Shown here: one piece after another, positions 60,384 to 64,000 of the stretch
How the letters are laid out: every line of letters starts with the position of its first letter
How positions within the stretch are numbered: the stretch's first letter is position 1
IMG/VR virus record: IMGVR_UViG_3300027782_000047
Coordinates: 44,668 to 108,667 of that record
Origin: a virus
Strand: one strand, 5' to 3'
Length of the DNA stretch: 64,000 nucleotides
The notes under the pieces: generated by a model
Told to the model about the DNA's origin: nothing
Databases searched by the model: none
The model's input: the letters and a program-made list of their open reading frames with translations, nothing else
Translations under genes and position numbers: made by a program

Positions 60384-60662
60384 ATGGATGAAGATACAAG
60401 AGAAATTCTATTAATTCTGCAAGAAGAATGTGCGGAAGTTATTCAAGCAATAAGCAAATGTTTTCGTTTCGGTCCTGACCAATTAAAACCCGGTAAAGAC
60501 AAAACGAACATTCAAATGTTGCAGGAAGAATTGGGTGACCTTCTGGCTATGATTGATTTGCTTGTGAAGAAAGATGTTGGTGTCAATTGGAAAGAATTGA
60601 TGTTAGCAAAGCAAAACAAATTTTTAAAACTTAAACAATGGAGTAATATTGAAATTGATTAA
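60384..60662 (+). CDS. MazG-like nucleotide pyrophosphohydrolase
   Basis: 'LQEECAEVIQAISK..RFG', 'LQEELGDL'. Confidence 0.8.
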   Translation: MDEDTREILLILQEECAEVIQAISKCFRFGPDQLKPGKDKTNIQMLQEELGDLLAMIDLLVKKDVGVNWKELMLAKQNKFLKLKQWSNIEID

Positions 60663-60885
60663 TATCAATACATCAAAACTCGCCTATCATATGGCAGTTG
60701 AAAACAAACTCCAGGCATACAAGTATGACCTGGTTCTGCGTGAGTTTGACAATATGGTTGAACTTATTGGTCTAGTTAATGACCCAACCCAAGACATGGC
60801 CGACTTCCGCGGTCGTGAAATGTTGTTCCCCAAGAAGTGGGTAACATTGAAAACCTTTTTTGCCGAAGAAAGGATTAAAGTATGA
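60649..60885 (+). CDS. Hypothetical protein
   Basis: GGAG SD before TTG 60649; overlaps both neighbours. Confidence 0.55.
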   Translation: MKLININTSKLAYHMAVENKLQAYKYDLVLREFDNMVELIGLVNDPTQDMADFRGREMLFPKKWVTLKTFFAEERIKV

Positions 60886-61178
60886 GTTTGAAACTTATTA
60901 CTTTCAAAACAAACCAAACCATTCTTGGTGAAGTTGAGTATAGCGGTGGTGTATACACCGTAAAGAAACCTGTGCAGGTTATTGTACAGCCAACTAAAGA
61001 TGGTCCAATGATGGGCTTCTCTCCATTCTTAGATTACTGTCTAGAGTTTTCCACTGGAATTGAATTCGTATCTTCGGATATTCTAACTGTAACTACACCA
61101 GCGATTGAATTGTCAAATCAATACAATCAAGTCTTTGGTTCTGGTATTCAAATCGCATCTTCTATTCCTAGATTTTAA
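60882..61178 (+). CDS. Conserved Sm-like hypothetical protein upstream of gp43
   Basis: 'LITFKT...ILGE', 'P...L..QYNQ.FGSGI'; TAATG-coupled to gp43. Confidence 0.7.
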   Translation: MSLKLITFKTNQTILGEVEYSGGVYTVKKPVQVIVQPTKDGPMMGFSPFLDYCLEFSTGIEFVSSDILTVTTPAIELSNQYNQVFGSGIQIASSIPRF

Positions 61179-63712
61179 TGAGTAATTTTTACACTAATGT
61201 AATTTGTGTTGGCAACAACATTCTTTACAGAGGCGTAGAAAACGGTAGGCGTGTAAAACTCCGCGTGGGTTACACGCCTACAATGTTTTTGCCTTCCCAA
61301 AAAGAAACGAAATGGAAAACTCTCCATGGTGAATACCTGGATGAGATTAAACTTGGATCTATTCGTGAATGTAGAGACTTCATTAAGCGATATGAAGATG
61401 TTGAGAACTTTAAGATTTATGGTAACACAAGATATGAATATGCCTATATTGCTGATGAATTCAAAGGCGCAATTGATTGGGACCAAGCCAAAATTAATAT
61501 TGCAGTCATTGATATTGAAGTCGGTTCAGAAAATGGCTTTCCTGACCCATACAAAGCAAATGAGCCAATCACAGCGATTGCGATAAAGACGCTTGATGGT
61601 GATATGAAGGTTTATGGTTGCGGTAATTTTAATAACAGCCGTGATGATGTTACTTACATAAAGTGCAGAGATGAATATGACCTCTGCAAGAGATTCCTAG
61701 AAGATTGGAAATACGATACACCAGATATCATTACTGGTTGGAACACTCGCTTCTTTGATATTCCATATTTGGTTAATCGCTTTGTTAAGATTCTTGGTGA
61801 AGATGAAATGAAGAATCTTTCACCGTGGGGAATTGTACAAGAACGTAAGACCAACATCAAAGGTCGTGAATTAATCTCGTATGAAATCTATGGCATTTCA
61901 TCGCTAGACTATATTGAATTGTATAAGTGGTTTGCTCCTGGTGGTAAGTCACAAGATTCATATCGCTTGGACAACATTGCTAACATTGAATTGGGTAAGC
62001 AAAAACTTTCTTATGATGAATTTGAAAACTTGCACCAATTGTATAAGTTAAACTATCAAAAGTTTATTGAGTACAACATCGTTGACGTTGAATTGATTGT
62101 TGAATTGGAAGCTAAGTTAAAGCTGATTGAATTATCTTTGACACTTTCATATGATACCAAGTCTAACTATGGTGATGTGTTTACACAAACTAGAATGTGG
62201 GACGCTATCATCTATAACTATTTGCTTGAACGAAACATCGTTGTGCCTCCTAATGAGACAAGTGTTAAAGATGGTGCGTTTGAGGGTGCGTATGTAAAAG
62301 ATCCACAAATTGGTGTGCATGATTACGTTGCATCGTTTGACTTGAATAGTTTGTATCCACATTTGATGATGCAGTATAACATTTCGCCTGAAACAATTAT
62401 TGAGGTCAAAGATTATGATGACAACATGCGTCAGATTATTTCCGATGGTGTTAATGTTGATAAGATGTTGAGCAAAGAAGTTGATACTTCAAAACTACAA
62501 GGTGTTACCATTACACCCAATGGTCAATTCTTCCGAACAACCGAACAAGGTTTCTTGCCTAAGATGTTGGAAGAAATGTATGAAGACCGCAAAAAGTTTA
62601 AGAAGCTGATGCTTTCCGCTAAACAGGAATATGAAAAAGAAACAGATGCCAATAAGAAGTATGAATTGAAAAAGAAGATTGCACGATATGACAATCTGCA
62701 ACTTGCTAAAAAAGTTTCATTGAATTCAGCTTATGGTGCGATGGGTTCACAATACTTCCGATTTTATGATTTGCGTCTAGCACTTGGTGTTACTTCGGCA
62801 GGTCAACTTTCAATTCGTTGGATTGAAGAAAAGATTAATAAGTATATGAACGACTTGTTAAAAACGAATGGTGTAGATTATGTTATTGCCTCAGACACAG
62901 ATTCAATTTATCTCCGTCTTGGTGAGTTGGTTGATAAAGTGTATTCAAAGAAAACGGATGTTAATCAACTTATCTCCTTCATGGACCGTGTCTGTGAAGA
63001 TAAGATTCAACCATACATTGATAACTCTTATCAAGAACTTGCTACGTATGTCAACGCATATTCCCAAAAAATGCAAATGAAACGTGAAGGGTTGTCTAAC
63101 AAAGGTATCTGGACAGCAAAGAAGCGGTACATTTTGAATGTATATAACAACGAAGGTGTTCAGTATGCCGAGCCTCAGATGAAAGTCATGGGTCTTGAAA
63201 TGGTAAAGTCTTCTACTCCATCTTCCATTCGTGATAAGATGAAAGAAGTTATCAAGTTGATGGTAACTGGTACAGAAGACGATGTGCAAGAATTCATTGC
63301 CAACTTCCGCAAAGAGTTTAGAACATTGCCGATTGAAGAAATATCTTTTCCTCGTTCTGTCAATGGTTTGAAGACATACACAGACAAAGCGCAAATATAT
63401 ACTAAGGGTACACCGATTCATGTTAAGGGTGCGTTGCTGTATAATTACCTGTTGGATAAACATAACTTATCAAACAAGTACCCTAAGGTTCAAGAAGGTG
63501 AGAAATTAAAGTTTACATACCTGATTCAACCTAACCCAATCAACGATACGGTAATATCGTATCCAACACGCTTGCCAACTGAATTTGGACTTGACGAATA
63601 CATTGATTATGAGTTACAATTTGAGAAAGCGTTTCTTGATCCAATCAAAATCATTCTTGATTGTATTGATTGGCAAGTTGAGAAAACAAGTTCACTGGCA
63701 GATTTTTTCTAA
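61178..63712 (+). CDS. gp43: Family B DNA polymerase gp43
   Basis: DIEV (ExoI), GWN..FFDIPY, YNIVDV, SFDLNSLYP, K..LNSAYG, SDTDS, KKRY. Confidence 0.98.
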   Translation: MSNFYTNVICVGNNILYRGVENGRRVKLRVGYTPTMFLPSQKETKWKTLHGEYLDEIKLGSIRECRDFIKRYEDVENFKIYGNTRYEYAYIADEFKGAIDWDQAKINIAVIDIEVGSENGFPDPYKANEPITAIAIKTLDGDMKVYGCGNFNNSRDDVTYIKCRDEYDLCKRFLEDWKYDTPDIITGWNTRFFDIPYLVNRFVKILGEDEMKNLSPWGIVQERKTNIKGRELISYEIYGISSLDYIELYKWFAPGGKSQDSYRLDNIANIELGKQKLSYDEFENLHQLYKLNYQKFIEYNIVDVELIVELEAKLKLIELSLTLSYDTKSNYGDVFTQTRMWDAIIYNYLLERNIVVPPNETSVKDGAFEGAYVKDPQIGVHDYVASFDLNSLYPHLMMQYNISPETIIEVKDYDDNMRQIISDGVNVDKMLSKEVDTSKLQGVTITPNGQFFRTTEQGFLPKMLEEMYEDRKKFKKLMLSAKQEYEKETDANKKYELKKKIARYDNLQLAKKVSLNSAYGAMGSQYFRFYDLRLALGVTSAGQLSIRWIEEKINKYMNDLLKTNGVDYVIASDTDSIYLRLGELVDKVYSKKTDVNQLISFMDRVCEDKIQPYIDNSYQELATYVNAYSQKMQMKREGLSNKGIWTAKKRYILNVYNNEGVQYAEPQMKVMGLEMVKSSTPSSIRDKMKEVIKLMVTGTEDDVQEFIANFRKEFRTLPIEEISFPRSVNGLKTYTDKAQIYTKGTPIHVKGALLYNYLLDKHNLSNKYPKVQEGEKLKFTYLIQPNPINDTVISYPTRLPTEFGLDEYIDYELQFEKAFLDPIKIILDCIDWQVEKTSSLADFF

Positions 63713-63721
63713 AGGATAATT

Positions 63722-64000
63722 ATGAGTTTATTGGACAAAATTAAAAAGAATTCTACAATCAAAGATAGTGCAATTCTATCTAAATCAAAATTCTTTACTG
63801 AGAAAGACATGATACCAACATCCATTCCTATGGTGAATGTTGCTCTTTCAGGTAAATTAGAGGGCGGCCTAACTCCTGGTCTTACAATGTGGGCTGGTCC
63901 ATCAAAGCACTTTAAGACTGCATTTAGTTTGTTGATGGCTAAATCTTACATGGACAAATACGATGAAGCAGTTCTTATCTTCTACGATTCAGAGTTTGGT
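63722..64000 (+). CDS. uvsX: RecA-like recombinase UvsX (3'-truncated; absent from the ORF track)
   Basis: Translated by hand: MSLLDKIKKNS...PMVNVALSG...GLTMWAGPSKHFKTAF...FYDSEFG. Confidence 0.93.
   Translation, partial: MSLLDKIKKNSTIKDSAILSKSKFFTEKDMIPTSIPMVNVALSGKLEGGLTPGLTMWAGPSKHFKTAFSLLMAKSYMDKYDEAVLIFYDSEFG

Noticed and set aside
62945-63463. 172-aa minus-strand ORF and similar antisense ORFs across core genes
   Set aside because: Fully antisense to well-supported genes, with no recognisable motifs.
28544-63712. Introns or inteins in gp17, gp20, gp23, gp46, uvsW, gp43
   Set aside because: Lengths and motif spacing are normal and uninterrupted.
2-64000. Stop-codon reassignment (none of the called genes I checked ends in TAG)
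   Set aside because: All core genes are full-length in the standard code with no internal TAG, and there is no suppressor tRNA. TAG is rare in AT-rich T4-like phages anyway.
2-64000. Assignment as a cyanophage
   Set aside because: Gene order resembles cyanophages, but there are no photosynthesis or other cyanobacterial genes here; the host cannot be determined from this window.

Overview
A 64-kb, AT-rich segment of a large T4-like (Tevenvirinae/Kyanoviridae-style 'Exo-T-even') myovirus. All supported genes are on the + strand and read in the standard code. Order: (1) ~1-23.7 kb, tail/baseplate accessory region: a 5'-truncated DUF4815-type giant structural protein, a chain of fibre/adaptor proteins, four collagen-like fibres with C-terminal S74 intramolecular chaperones (three are near-tandem paralogues with the same N-terminus), then two 2OG-Fe(II) oxygenases and a glycosyltransferase. 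(2) 23.7-39.8 kb, the core morphogenesis module gp13-14-15-(fibre)-16-(Dps)-17-18-19-20-67-68-21-22-23-3, with gp55-type TATAAATA late promoters. (3) 39.8-64 kb, the recombination/replication module: uvsY, uvsW, gp55, gp47/46, deformylase, a GREB1/TAGT-like glycosyltransferase + methyltransferase, CobT/CobS-like pair, gp45, gp44, gp62, regA, hsp20, nucleotide-pool enzymes, a tRNA-Met(CAT), gp43 and the start of uvsX, with sigma70-type promoters. No photosynthesis genes, introns, inteins, CRISPR or DGR were seen. The most interesting candidates are: a collagen-fibre hydroxylation/glycosylation cassette; a compact, doubly pseudoknotted RNA between a late promoter and a terminator upstream of hsp20; an initiator-like tRNA with an altered anticodon stem next to an AbrB/VapB-like gene; a head-to-tail peptide 'docking code' among the fibre genes; promoters buried in hairpins plus a consensus antisense promoter upstream of gp55; and Dps wedged between the terminase genes. 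All product calls rest on motif recognition and synteny, not on database searches.
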